A stretch of 64,000 bases of DNA from an uncultured Clostridia bacterium (GTDB lineage: Bacteria; Bacillota; Clostridia; TANB77; CAG-508): assembly GCA_947601495.1 (NCBI GenBank), contig CANQGE010000001.1, positions 31,731-95,730 of the forward strand, given 5' to 3'. Shown one piece after another: positions 46,808 to 58,600 of the stretch. Numbering within the stretch: position 1 is the first letter of the stretch; each line of letters starts with the position of its first letter. The position numbers and the translations under genes are program-made. Under the pieces are notes generated by a model, which searched no databases, was not told the origin of the DNA, and saw only the letters and a list, made by a program, of their open reading frames with translations.

Positions 46808-47323
46808 TTAATTATCAGTTGCCTTACTATTAACATTTTGGAATGCAACATGCTCTACATTTTTATCTAATGCAACAAACATATATACATACCATTTGTC
46901 TGATAAAGACCCTGCCAAAGTTTCAAATTTATAAGTGTATCCAATTGTAGCTTCTGTTTTACCTGAATTGTACTCTAAAGTATCTATTGAATGAATATAA
47001 TCCTTAGATGTATCTTCATATAAAACAACAACAGCTAAGTTATTTTCTTTAAAGAAATCTTCTGTATAAGTTTCAGTTAAAGTTGATTTTTTAAAAGTTA
47101 CTTCATTTGTTATTGCATCATTTACTTGATTTTTCTTAATAAATTTTGTAAAAGAATCATAATCTGTTATAAGAGTATTTTCTGCATTTACACTTGACCT
47201 TGTAACATTATATTCTACTTTTTTTGGCTTTCTTATTACTGCAAAGTATATAACTCCAATAGCCACAACTACTATAAGAGCAATAATAATTATTGTTTTT
47301 TTACTTGTTCCATTATTTTCCAT
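46808..47323 (-). CDS. hypothetical membrane-anchored protein
   Basis: 171 aa with one N-terminal TM segment (TIIIIALIVVVAIGVIYFAVI) and an AAGGGGA RBS. No motif recognised. Confidence 0.55.
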   Translation of the reverse strand: MENNGTSKKTIIIIALIVVVAIGVIYFAVIRKPKKVEYNVTRSSVNAENTLITDYDSFTKFIKKNQVNDAITNEVTFKKSTLTETYTEDFFKENNLAVVVLYEDTSKDYIHSIDTLEYNSGKTEATIGYTYKFETLAGSLSDKWYVYMFVALDKNVEHVAFQNVNSKATDN

Positions 47324-47409
47324 TTTCTTTTCCCCTTTTAAATTACTATAACTATCATAACTTATAAAAAAGAAAAAAACAAGTTTTAGTTAAATTTTTT
47401 ACAAAAACG

Positions 47410-48288
47410 TTATAAACTATTATTTATTCCTTCTGAAACAATATTTGTTATGCTATCTATTAATGTATCTATTTCTTTTGGAGTTACTATAAAATTAAAA
47501 TTATTTAATTTCATTTTATCAATTAGTTCATTCTCATTAACTTCAAAATCACATACTTTTAAAGTGTCTAATACAATTGTTGCTGCATCTAAAACCGTTG
47601 GAACTCCAATGCTTATTACTGGTATTCCTAAAGTTTCCTCAGATAAATCTGTTCTTTTATTTCCAACTCCCCCTCCTGGTGCTATGCCAGTATCAGAAAT
47701 TTGTATAGATTTATTTATTCTATCTATATTTTTTGAACACAAACTATCTATTGCAATAATTAATTTTGGCTTGATATTATCTACTATTCCCTTTACTATT
47801 TCAACAGTTTCCATTCCAGTTGTTCCTAAAACTCCTGGCGTTATTGCACTAACGCTTCTTGTATTTTTATCTATAATTTCTGGTAAATACATTTTAATAT
47901 GCCTTGTTATTTCTATGTTTTGAACTACTTTTGCACCTAATGAATCTGGTGTTGCATATAAATTTCCTAAACCTACTATTAATATTTCATCATTTGAATT
48001 TACATGTTTTTTAATTATTTCTCTTAATTCATTTGAAAAAACATTTACAATTTTTTCTTCTTTTTCTGTAGTTATATTATTTATTTTTTTAACATCAATT
48101 GTTGTATAATTTCCTCTTTTTTTGTCCAGTGCTCTTTCTCCATCTTCATTTATTATTTTAACTCTCGTAACTACAATATCATCTATTTTTTCTTCTTCAC
48201 ATTCTATTCCCTCTACTTCGCTTTCTAATTTATTAGCAGTTCTATATAAGTCTCTTCTTTCAACAGCCATATCTGTTCTAAAAAACAT
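47410..48288 (-). CDS. gpr: germination (spore) protease GPR
   Basis: 292 aa with peptidase A25 features: N-terminal RTDMAVE, GLGN.YATPDSLG and IAIDSL. Confidence 0.9.
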   Translation of the reverse strand: MFFRTDMAVERRDLYRTANKLESEVEGIECEEEKIDDIVVTRVKIINEDGERALDKKRGNYTTIDVKKINNITTEKEEKIVNVFSNELREIIKKHVNSNDEILIVGLGNLYATPDSLGAKVVQNIEITRHIKMYLPEIIDKNTRSVSAITPGVLGTTGMETVEIVKGIVDNIKPKLIIAIDSLCSKNIDRINKSIQISDTGIAPGGGVGNKRTDLSEETLGIPVISIGVPTVLDAATIVLDTLKVCDFEVNENELIDKMKLNNFNFIVTPKEIDTLIDSITNIVSEGINNSL

Positions 48289-48326
48289 AATTTAAGTCTC
48301 CTCTCATTAAAACAAATTTACTATTT

Positions 48327-48358
48327 AATATTTTCCTACATTTTAATTTTTTTATGCA
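48327..48358 (-). promoter_or_regulatory. candidate forespore (sigma-F/G type) promoter for gpr
   Basis: On the minus strand: TGCATA, 16 nt, then GGAAAATATT, about 30 nt upstream of the RBS. This resembles the GCATR-N15-GGnnAnAnT forespore consensus. Confidence 0.3.
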
Positions 48359-48377
48359 AAATAGAATTTTAAATAAA

Positions 48378-48420
48378 ACAAAAAAATCTTTTTGCTTTTT
48401 TTAGCAAAAAGATTTTTTTA
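48378..48420 (-). terminator. rho-independent terminator after yebC (symmetric, A-run/T-run on both sides)
   Basis: Perfect stem ATCTTTTTGC / GCAAAAAGAT flanked by A7 and T7 runs. Confidence 0.8.
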
Positions 48421-48438
48421 ATATTTTATTATATTTAA

Positions 48439-49164
48439 TTATTCTTCCCAATTGTGGAAAACTTCTAATACATCATCTAAATCTTCAAGATTATCTATTA
48501 ATCTTTGCATTTTTTCTGCATGATTCTCATCTAATGATACATAAGTATTTGGAACCATTTGAACTCCAGCTTCTAAAAATGTTAAGTTATTTTTAGTTAA
48601 TTCTTCTGTTACAGCTGTAAAATCACTTGGTGCTGTTGTTATTTCATAAACTTCTTCTTCAGAAGAAAAATCTTCTGCACCAGCTTCAATAGCAAGCATC
48701 ATTAAATCATCTTCACTTAATTTACATTCTGATTTTTCTATAACTATAACGCCTTTTTTCTCAAACATATATGATACACAACCTGTTGTTCCTAAGTTTC
48801 CTCCAGCTTTATCAAAAACATGTCTTACATCTGCTGCAGTTCTATTTTTATTATTTGTTGATGCATTAACAATAACTGCAACACCGCTTGGTCCATATCC
48901 TTCATATGTTATTTCATCATAAGTTTCATTACTTCCTGCTCCAGAAGCCTTTTTTATAGCATTATTTATTGTATCATTTGGCATGTTGTTTGCTTTACAT
49001 TTTGCAATAACATCTTTTAATTTTGAATTTCCTGCTGGGTCAGGTCCACCTTGTTTTACAGCTATTAATAATTCTCTTCCTAATTTTGTAAATATTTTTC
49101 CTCTTGCAGCATCTGCTTTTCCTTTTTTGGCTTGTATGTTATGCCATTTGCTATGTCCTGACAT
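48439..49164 (-). CDS. yebC: YebC/PmpR-family transcriptional regulator
   Basis: 241 aa; [32 protein letters not shown] is the family hallmark. Confidence 0.95.
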   Translation of the reverse strand: MSGHSKWHNIQAKKGKADAARGKIFTKLGRELLIAVKQGGPDPAGNSKLKDVIAKCKANNMPNDTINNAIKKASGAGSNETYDEITYEGYGPSGVAVIVNASTNNKNRTAADVRHVFDKAGGNLGTTGCVSYMFEKKGVIVIEKSECKLSEDDLMMLAIEAGAEDFSSEEEVYEITTAPSDFTAVTEELTKNNLTFLEAGVQMVPNTYVSLDENHAEKMQRLIDNLEDLDDVLEVFHNWEE

Positions 49165-49323
49165 TAAATTTCTCCCCTTTCAAATTCATTTTTATTTAAG
49201 CTTTTCAATTATAGCACATTTCATCTATTTTGTCTATTTTTTTAATTTACTTATAGCATCTTTTTATCTATATTTTCAAATTGTTTATAACATTTTTTCA
49301 TCTATGCTCTTTAAAATTATAGT

Positions 49324-50382
49324 TTAAGGATATTTCTTTTTAATTTCTACTATTTTATCAAATTTATTTTCTAAAATATTAACAAATGCATCTGTAACTT
49401 CTGGGTCAAACTGTGTTCCTCTGCAATTAATAATTATTTTTTTAACCTCATCAATATCTAATTCATCTCTATATGAACGCCTAGATGTCATTGCATCAAA
49501 TGCATCTGCAACAGCTACCACTCTAGCTAAAAATGGAATATCTTTTCCTTTTAATCCTTGTGGATATCCTGTTCCATCATACTTTTCGTGATGATATGTA
49601 ACTATAGGTAAGATATCTTTAAAAATAGTAGCATTTGCTATTATTTGTCTACCAATAGATGGATGTTTTTTTATTTCATTATATTCTTGCTCTGTTAATT
49701 TAGATGGCTTTGTTAAAATAGAATCTGGAATTCCTATTTTTCCTATATCATGGAATAATCCACCTATTTTTAAAGTTGATATGTCTTTATTATAAAGATT
49801 TAGCTCTTCTCCAATTAATACAGAATAAGCAGATACTCTATCTGAATGGCCTCTTGTGTAACTATCTTTTGCCTCTACTGTATATCGTAGCAATTTTATT
49901 GTTTCTAAATATGCTTTTTCAAGTTTTTCATTTGCTGCTTTTAATTCTATATTCATGTTTTTAATCATTTGTAATTGGTCTATAGACTTAAAAGCAGATT
50001 CAATTAATAATAATAACTGATCAAACTTGTCATCTTTTTCACAATATGCTTGGATTGACAATTTTTTAATTGTTTCTAAAGGAGGAACAAGGTCTTTATG
50101 TCCAGTTAATAAAATTATGTATAATTCTGGATTAAATTTTCTGATTTCTTCAACAACTGTATCACCATGAATTGGTGACATCATGTAGTCTAGTAACATT
50201 AAATCAAAATGTTCATTTTTTACTTTTTCTATAGCTTCATAAGGATCTGTACATCCAACTAAAGTATAGCCAGAATGTTTTAAGAATACAGTTAATGAAT
50301 CTATAATTCCACTTTCATCATCTACAGCAATAATTTTATATTGATTGTTATTATTGTCCACTTTTTCAGACAAATGCCTCAT
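49324..50382 (-). CDS. response regulator with HD-GYP (c-di-GMP phosphodiesterase-type) output domain
   Basis: 352 aa with a REC domain (KIIAVDDE...DLMLLDYMMSP...TGH) followed by HD-GYP (FHDIGKIGIP, HHEKYDGTGYPQGL). Confidence 0.85.
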   Translation of the reverse strand: MRHLSEKVDNNNNQYKIIAVDDESGIIDSLTVFLKHSGYTLVGCTDPYEAIEKVKNEHFDLMLLDYMMSPIHGDTVVEEIRKFNPELYIILLTGHKDLVPPLETIKKLSIQAYCEKDDKFDQLLLLIESAFKSIDQLQMIKNMNIELKAANEKLEKAYLETIKLLRYTVEAKDSYTRGHSDRVSAYSVLIGEELNLYNKDISTLKIGGLFHDIGKIGIPDSILTKPSKLTEQEYNEIKKHPSIGRQIIANATIFKDILPIVTYHHEKYDGTGYPQGLKGKDIPFLARVVAVADAFDAMTSRRSYRDELDIDEVKKIIINCRGTQFDPEVTDAFVNILENKFDKIVEIKKKYP

Positions 50383-50396
50383 CGTTTGTTTCCCCC

Positions 50397-51482
50397 TTAA
50401 ACATTATTGTTATTTAATGGTATATAAATAAAAAATTCTGTTCCTTTATTAGATGTTTCAAATTTCATATCTCCATTAAATTTTGCTTTTATCATTGAAT
50501 ATGACATAAATAATCCAAGTCCTGTGCCTTCTTTTCCTTTTGTTGTAATCATTTCTTTAAAAAGTTTATCTTTAACAATTTCTGGAAGTCCTGATGCATA
50601 ATCTTTTACTGAAATAATTAATGTATTATTTTCTAATTTTGCCTTTAATTCAATTGATTTATTTGGTACATTTTTATATGCCTGTATAGCATTTGATATT
50701 AAGTTATTTAAAACTTGTACTAAACTATTAATATTTCCCCTTAATACTATGTTATTACTTACTTTGTTTTCAATGTTTAAGTTTATTAAAGCATTTTGAA
50801 GTTCATGTTTCATTAATATACTTGTATGACTAAATAGTTCTTCTATTGTAAATTCTATCATATCATCTCCTGAAAGATTTACAGCTTGTCCTTTAACTGT
50901 TGTAATTACTTCAGACATATATGATAATTGTCCTCTCATTTTTACAAGCCAATTCTTCATATCTCCAGCAATATCATGCATATCTTTATCATTTACTGTT
51001 GGATCTTCAATTGAAGAATCAAACTCATCTACTAAATCATTTAGTCCTTCTAATCCACCAGATATTGAGAAAATTGGTGTTTTTAAACTGTGTGCTATTC
51101 CACCAACCATTTGTCCTAAAGAAGCTAAACGTTCTTTTTCTACTAACATTTCTTGATTTTCTTTTATTATTTCCATATCTTTTTTATGTTGTGTTATATC
51201 TTTAAAAAGTATTAATATTCCCAAAAACTGATTATTAGCTATAATAGATGTTACTTCAACATTAAAATATTTTTCAAGTTCAGCAATATGCATTTCGAAT
51301 CTATCGGTTTCATAAGTGTTTTCAATTTTTTTAATGCTTTCTTCTATTTTCTCAGTATCAATATGAAGATGAATTTCATTTGCTAATAAATTTAACTTTT
51401 TTCCACGAATATTATATTCTTTTTTTATTTGAAATGTTTTCAAAAATGTTTCATTAAAGTCAGTAATAATTCCGATTTTCAT
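50397..51482 (-). CDS. sensor histidine kinase, cytoplasmic part (partial PAS + HisKA + HATPase_c); likely 3' fragment of a split gene
   Basis: 361 aa with H-box GGIAHSLKTP, N-box NLISNAIQAY and G-box GTGLGLFMS. The N-terminus (MK)IGIITDFNETF is the middle of a PAS fold. Confidence 0.8.
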   Translation of the reverse strand: MKIGIITDFNETFLKTFQIKKEYNIRGKKLNLLANEIHLHIDTEKIEESIKKIENTYETDRFEMHIAELEKYFNVEVTSIIANNQFLGILILFKDITQHKKDMEIIKENQEMLVEKERLASLGQMVGGIAHSLKTPIFSISGGLEGLNDLVDEFDSSIEDPTVNDKDMHDIAGDMKNWLVKMRGQLSYMSEVITTVKGQAVNLSGDDMIEFTIEELFSHTSILMKHELQNALINLNIENKVSNNIVLRGNINSLVQVLNNLISNAIQAYKNVPNKSIELKAKLENNTLIISVKDYASGLPEIVKDKLFKEMITTKGKEGTGLGLFMSYSMIKAKFNGDMKFETSNKGTEFFIYIPLNNNNV

Positions 51483-52221
51483 TTACTATAATATAACTGT
51501 CTGAAATTCTATCTACTATTCTTTGAAGTGCAATTGGAGCTATTTTAAATAAATCAAATTTAAATATTGCAAATGTGAAACATATAATCGTTACAGATAA
51601 AGTAATTGGTGTTGTATATATTGTTATTTCAACTAATTGCATACTTCCTAATATATTAACAACAAGTGGTACTAATGCTCCAAGAATTATTAATATTGCC
51701 TGTCTTGAAAAGAAACCTGCGTTTTTAATTGAATATCTTAGTAAAATAATTAATGAAGCTATAAATAGACCATATGTATAAAATGTATGTACATAAAAAT
51801 ACCAACCATATTCTGTAGAAACCTCTACAGAATATTCTTTATAGACTAAATGATGAAAATCATTTGTGCACACTAATATAGTTGTTAAAATTGGTATAAT
51901 AAATAATAATATATGTGATTTTTTGAAAGTTACTTTATTAGTTCCAAATCCTAATGCCATATAAAAAAATGCAACTGGTAAAAAGCATAAACTGAAATAA
52001 TAAATGTTGAAAAAATACTTCATTGGGATATTAAGCTTGTCCATAAACAATATTTGAAGTATCATTGCTCCTACCCACAATAACATAAGTGAAAAAATAA
52101 TTCCAAAAGTTTTATGTAATTGGCTTTTATTTTTTTGCTTTCTTACAAAACTATGAAGTCCTATTAATATTAAACAAATTAAAATTAACATGATTAAAAC
52201 TACTGTGTCGTGAGTAAGCAT
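51460..52221 (-). CDS. 7-TM sensor module of a histidine kinase (5' fragment of the split gene)
   Basis: 253 aa with about 7 TM segments. It ends ...IVDRISDSYIIVNENRNYY*, the start of a PAS fold, and overlaps the next ORF by 23 nt in another frame. Confidence 0.7.
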   Translation of the reverse strand: MLTHDTVVLIMLILICLILIGLHSFVRKQKNKSQLHKTFGIIFSLMLLWVGAMILQILFMDKLNIPMKYFFNIYYFSLCFLPVAFFYMALGFGTNKVTFKKSHILLFIIPILTTILVCTNDFHHLVYKEYSVEVSTEYGWYFYVHTFYTYGLFIASLIILLRYSIKNAGFFSRQAILIILGALVPLVVNILGSMQLVEITIYTTPITLSVTIICFTFAIFKFDLFKIAPIALQRIVDRISDSYIIVNENRNYY

Positions 52222-52223
52222 TT

Positions 52224-55200
52224 TTATAATATCCTCCTTAGTACTTTAACAAAATTAACTAAATATGCATTTGTAATTCTTGGCCATATAAACAAACTTT
52301 TTATTAAATATTTGATTGTAAAGTTTGATTTTATTTCCATCTCAGTATTATATTGTATATGCATGTTTTCATCAAAATCATCTATAATTATTTTTAACAA
52401 GTCTTTTGTTTCTTCGTTTTCTAACATATTATTTATTTTATCTATAAATTCTTTTTCTGGCAATACCTCTATTGGATAATTTAATTTTTTTAATACTCTT
52501 AAGCATCTTGATACAGTTACTGTTTTTTGATTGCATAAATGAAATACCCTATTTGAATCGGTTTTATGAGTTATTATTTTACATACAGATTTTGCAGCAT
52601 AATCTACTGGTGTAAACTCTAATTTATTATGCAACATATATTCTGGGATAATTTTTATTTTTACAAATGATGCCAATCTATTAAGAAATGCATTATCTGA
52701 TAAATTCTCTTGAAATAATCCATCTTTATAGCGGGGCATCAAATTTCCCATACGTAATATGTAACCATCTAATCCATTACTTATTGCCTCTAAAATTTGT
52801 ACTTCTGCTTTAAATTTAGTATATGTGTATATGTTTTCAGGATCTTGTCCTATGTATAAATCTGATTCATCAAATGTTACTTTTTTCTTTTTCAAAAGTT
52901 TTGGATAAGAATTATCTAATGTTCTTCCAGCTACACCCATTGTAGAAATATGGTATAGCTTTTTATTAAAGCTTTTACAAAAATCTATAATATATTTAAC
53001 ACTAACAACATTTGTGTTATAGAAATCATTATAATTTCCATAATGTGCAACATTTGCAGCACTATTTATTACAATATCTATAGAATTTGCTAAATTTAGT
53101 AAATCTTCTTGATTTAATCCAAAACCTGGTTTTAATATATTTCCATTAATTACAAAAATTCTATTATTTAATAAGTTATCATATTTGTTTCCAAAATAAT
53201 AATTTAACTTTTGATGTAATTTAGCAACTGCTGTAATTCCAGGTTCATCTCTAACAATGCAATAAACATTTGTATTTTTGTAATCTAAAAGTTTTCCTAA
53301 AATGTGAATCCCCAAAAATCCAGTACTTCCTGTTAGCAAAATATTTTTTGGATAGCATACATTTATTTTTTCACTTTTTTTACTTTTTTTCAATACTTTT
53401 ATGAAATTATCTGATAAATTTTGCACTTTTTCAAACATACTATTTTTATTACCAGATTCTATTATTTGTGTTAATTCAGCTACACTTGGATAGCGGAAAA
53501 TATCTTGATAAGTAAGATTACTTGTTATTTTTTGTAATTCAATATTTAAGTTCATTGCTAATAGTGAATCTCCACCCAATTCGAAAAAGTTATCATTTAT
53601 ACCTACTGGTTTAGTATTTAATATCTTTTCAAAAAATGAAACTAATTTCTTTTCTAAGGCCGTTTTCGGTGGTACATATTCATTTTTACTACTATTTAAT
53701 ATTTCATTTGGTAATGGAAGAGATTTCTTATCTATTTTTCCATTTGGAGTATATGGAAGGTCATCTAGTGAAACATAATATGAAGGCACCATATATCTTG
53801 GAAGTGAGCGAGATAAATAAGTTCTAAGGTCATTTATAACAACTCTTTTCTTAGTTACAAAATATGCTGATATAAATTCTCTGCTTTGCATTACTTGTTT
53901 TACAACAACTGCTTTTTTTATGTTTGGATATTTTAAAATTAGTGATTCTATTTCTTCAAGTTCTATCCTTAATCCTCTAATTTTTATTTGATGATCTGAA
54001 CGTCCTAAGCAAATAATGCTTCCATCTGGTTCATATTTTCCTAAATCTCCACTCTTATACATTAATACATTAGGCATAAATGGATTTTTAATAAAGCTTT
54101 GATCTGTAAGTTTTTTATTGTTTAAATATCCCTTTCCAACACACTCACCTGATATGTATATATCTCCAACTATTCCTACTGGAACTGGATTTAGTTTTTT
54201 ATCTAATATATACATTTGTGAATTACTAATTGGTGTTCCTATTGTTATTATTTCTTTATCCATTTTAGATAATGTACAATAGTGAGTTTCACTTGGTCCA
54301 TATCCGTTATAAACAACTATATGTAACTCTTCTAGTTTTTTTAAAATGTTTTGTGGTAATTGCTCACCCGCAAGTATTACATATTTCAAATTTTTAAGTT
54401 CTGGCATTTCTTCTAAGTTATTTAAGAAAATCTGCATAACAGATGGTGTTGATTGTAATACTGTTGCATTATGTTTTTCTATTAAATTATTTAATAATTG
54501 TGGTGTTGTTTGTTCATTTTCGTTTGATATTACAAGTTTTATACCTCTTTGTAAAGAAATAAGTGATTCATATACGAATAAATCAAAGCTTATTGTTGTA
54601 ATAGAAATAATAGTATTATTTTCTGGTTCTTTTAAATAATCTACATTGTTATTACAGTAATTTGCAAAATTTGATATAACTCTATGTGGAATCATTACTC
54701 CTTTAGGCTTTCCGGTTGAACCTGATGTGAATATGCAATATATTAAGTCTTCTGGCTCATTAACACATGGTAAATTTTCTATGCATTTTTTATATTTTTC
54801 ATTAATACCATCTATACATATTGTATTTGAAAAATTAAGTTTATTTTTCAAATGCTTTTGAGTTAATAAAATTTTTGCCTTGCTATTTTCAAGCATATAA
54901 TTAATTCTATCTTCAGGATATGTTGGATCTATTGGAATATATGCTCCTCCAGCTTTAATTGTGGCTATCATTGCAATTATAACTTCTATTGAACGATTTG
55001 CCATAATGCCAACAAGACTATTTCTAGTAATTCCTTCATCTCTTAAAAAATGTGCCAAAGAATTTGCTTTTTCGTTTAAATCTTTAAAAGTTATTGTAGA
55101 ATTTTCAAATGCTACTGCTATATTATTTGGCGTTTTTTCTACTTGTTCTTCAAATAGTTGAATTACAGTTTTATTTTTTTCGTATTCTAAATTTGTATTG

Positions 55201-55685
55201 TTAAAATCAAATAAAATATGATTTTTCTCCGCTTCTGGAAGAACACATATATTTTCAATTTTTATTTCAATATTTTCTAATATAGTATTTATTATTTGCA
55301 AATAATGACAAGACATGTTTTTAATAAATTCTTCACTAAAGAGCTTTGTTGCATATTCAAAAGAAAGCTTTATTTCATTATCTTGTGGAAAAGCTTCTAA
55401 TGATAAATCAAATTTAGATATTTCTGCATCTAATAAATTATATGTTGCTTCCATTCCATCAAAATTAATATTAGAATAATGATTATTTTGATATATAAAC
55501 ATTACATCAAATAATGGATTTCTACTAATATCTCTTTTTATATTTAACTTATTAACAAGTGTATCAAATGGATACATTTGATATGTGTATGCATTTAACA
55601 CATTTTCTTTTACTTTTAAAATAAATTCTTTAAAACTTAAATCTTCTTCTACTTGATTTCTTAAAGCAAGAGTGTTAACAAACAT
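52224..55685 (-). CDS. non-ribosomal peptide synthetase, 3' fragment: C-terminal half of C domain, A, T, terminal thioester reductase (R)
   Basis: 1153 aa. A-domain cores are [25 protein letters not shown] and PNGKIDKK; T is FFELGGDSL. The R domain has [15 protein letters not shown] (NAD(P) Rossmann) and a YxxxK-type site. Confidence 0.9.
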   Translation of the reverse strand: [1153 protein letters not shown]

Positions 55686-58600
55686 ACCAATTATTTTTTG
55701 TAGTTCTATTCTGTCTCTTCCTACAATTGGCGAACCAACAATTATATCTTTTCCGAGAAGTATATTTTGAAAGTAATATGTAATAACATGATAAAAGTAT
55801 CATATATGGTGTCACATCTAATGATTTAGCCAAATCGTTTATTTTTTCTAATGTTTCTGAATTAATAGAAGAATAAATTTTCTTTCCTTCAAAAGATTGT
55901 ACTGCTGGTCTTGGATATGTTGTTGGTAAATTTAATACTGGAATTTCATCATCTGTTTTAAATTCGTTTAACCAGTAATTTTCTGCCTCTTTAAAAGAAT
56001 CTGTTTTCAAGTATTTTTCTTCATAAGCAGTAAAATCTTTATAAGTAATTTCTAAATCTTCTAATGAATTATTATTATATAAATTCATTAATTCTTCTGC
56101 TAAAATTGATAAAGATGCTCCATCAGATATAATATGATGCATATCTACTAATATTGCAGATTCATCATTTGTAAATTTAATAAGTTTAGTTCTAAATAAT
56201 GGTGCTTCGCTTAAATTAAATGGTTTTATAAATTTTTTATAAATATTTGCAAAATCTTTTAAATCTGCATGTTTTTCAATATCTAATTTAAAATCTACAC
56301 TAGGTATTATTTGTGTGACTACATCTTCCTCATGTATAACGAATTTTGTTCTTAAGCTTTCATGTCTATTTATTAAATCTTTAAAAGCTTTTTCCAATCT
56401 TTCAAAATCAACATTTCCTTTTATCATGATGCTTCCAGGAATATTATATAAAATGTTGTTTTCTCCTGCTACTTTACTTGCATAATATATTCTTTTTTGA
56501 GCAGATGATAAAGGATAGAATTCTGCTTCTGGTATTTTTTCTAATGTAATCACATTGCTATTTTTAGTTTTTTTACTTATTACATCAGACAAATCTTGTA
56601 TTATAGGATTTTCAATTATATCTCTTGAAAGTATTTCAACATTAAATTTATTTTGAATTTGTATGCTTAAATTTATTGCATATAATGAATCTCCGCCTAA
56701 GTCAAAGAAAGAATCATCCATACTAACTTCTGAAATATTAAACTGAGATTTAATTAATTTAATTAATTCATTATCTATTTCATTTCTAGGTAAAATTATT
56801 TGTTTATATGTTGTTTCATATTTTGGTTCTGGTAATTTTTTTCTATCTATTTTTCCATTTGGAGTATATGGAAGATTTTCTAATTCTACAAAATATTGTG
56901 GCACCATGTATGCAGGTAAAAATTTTTCTAAATGTTTACGAATTTTATCTGCTTTAATGCTTTCTTTAGAAGTATAATATGCACATAAAAACTCATGTGA
57001 ATTTTCATCTACTTTTTTCACTACAACACAAGAATGAATTTCTGATAATTCAAGAATTTTATCTTCTATTTCTCCTAGTTCAATCCTTAATCCTCTAATT
57101 TTTACTTGATGGTCAACACGTCCAAAACAAGTAATATTTCCATTTGGATTATATATACCAATATCCCCAGTTTTATACATAATAGTATTTGGTATAAATT
57201 TATTATTTATAAAACTTTTATCTGTTAATTCTTTATTGTTTAAATATCCTTTTCCAACGCCATCACCGGAAATATATATTTCACCTGCTACTCCAATAGG
57301 CAATAAATTTTGATTATCATCTAAAATATATATTTGAGTATTATCTAAAGGTTTTCCTATTGTTATTTCACTATTATTCATTTTTGTTAATGTGGAAAAT
57401 ACCGTTGTTTCACTAGGTCCATATCCATTATAAATTGTACAATCACATATTTTATTTAAACTGTTTACTAAGTGAAGTGGCAATTGTTCACCTGCAAGAG
57501 TAATATATTTTAAATTCTTTAAATGTGGTATTTTATCTATATTATTAACTAATAACTGCATTCTAGAAGGTGTAGACTGAATAATTGTTACATCTTCTTT
57601 TTCAATTAATTTATTTAATAAATTTGGATCTGTTTGTTCTTTTTCATTTGCGATAACAAGTTTTAATCCTTTTTGTAGTGATATAAGTGTTTCAAAAATA
57701 AATATATCAAAACTTACTGTTGTTATTGAAACAACAGATTGATGAGATGGATTTTTTAAATATTCAATATAATGGTTACAATAATTTGTTAAATTTGATA
57801 ATGCTTTATGTTTTAGCATAACTCCTTTAGGAAGTCCTGTTGAGCCAGATGTGAAAATAACATAAGATAAATCATCTGGCTTATTTATTTTTTCTAAATT
57901 AGAAGAATTTGAAGAATAAATTGCATTATCTAATTCAGTAAATACTTTATTGCTAAATTCTACTTTGTCATCTAATTTCTTTTGAGTAAGTAATACTTTA
58001 GCTTCACTATTTTTAAGCATATACTGTATTCTATCTTCAGGATATGTTGGGTCAATTGGAATATAGGCCCCTCCTGCTTTTAAAACTGCTAAAATTGAAA
58101 TAATCATTTCAAGTGAACGATTATCCATTATTCCAACTAAATCATTATTTTTTATATTTTTGCTACTTCTTAAATAATATGCTAAACTATTTGCTCTTTT
58201 ATTTAGTTCATCAAATGTTAAAGAATCATTTTCAAACACTAGTGCTATATCATTTGGAGATTTTTTTACTTGTTCTTCAAATAAATTTACAATTGTTTTA
58301 TTTTTTAAATATTCTACATTTGTATTATTAAATGAATTTAATATTTTTAATTCATCTTCTGGAATTATTGTTATATCTTTTAATAAAATATCTGGTTTTG
58401 AAATTATTTGATTTAAAATATGCAAAATACGATTATGCATAGTTTCTATTTCAGACTCGCTATATTTATCTATTTTATAGTCATATGCAATTTGAAGAGT
58501 ATTCTGCTCATTCCATTCAAAAATGTGTATTTCCATATCATTTAAAATAGATTTATTGAAAATCCAACTTGTTTTATGTGGCAAAATATCATTATTTTCA

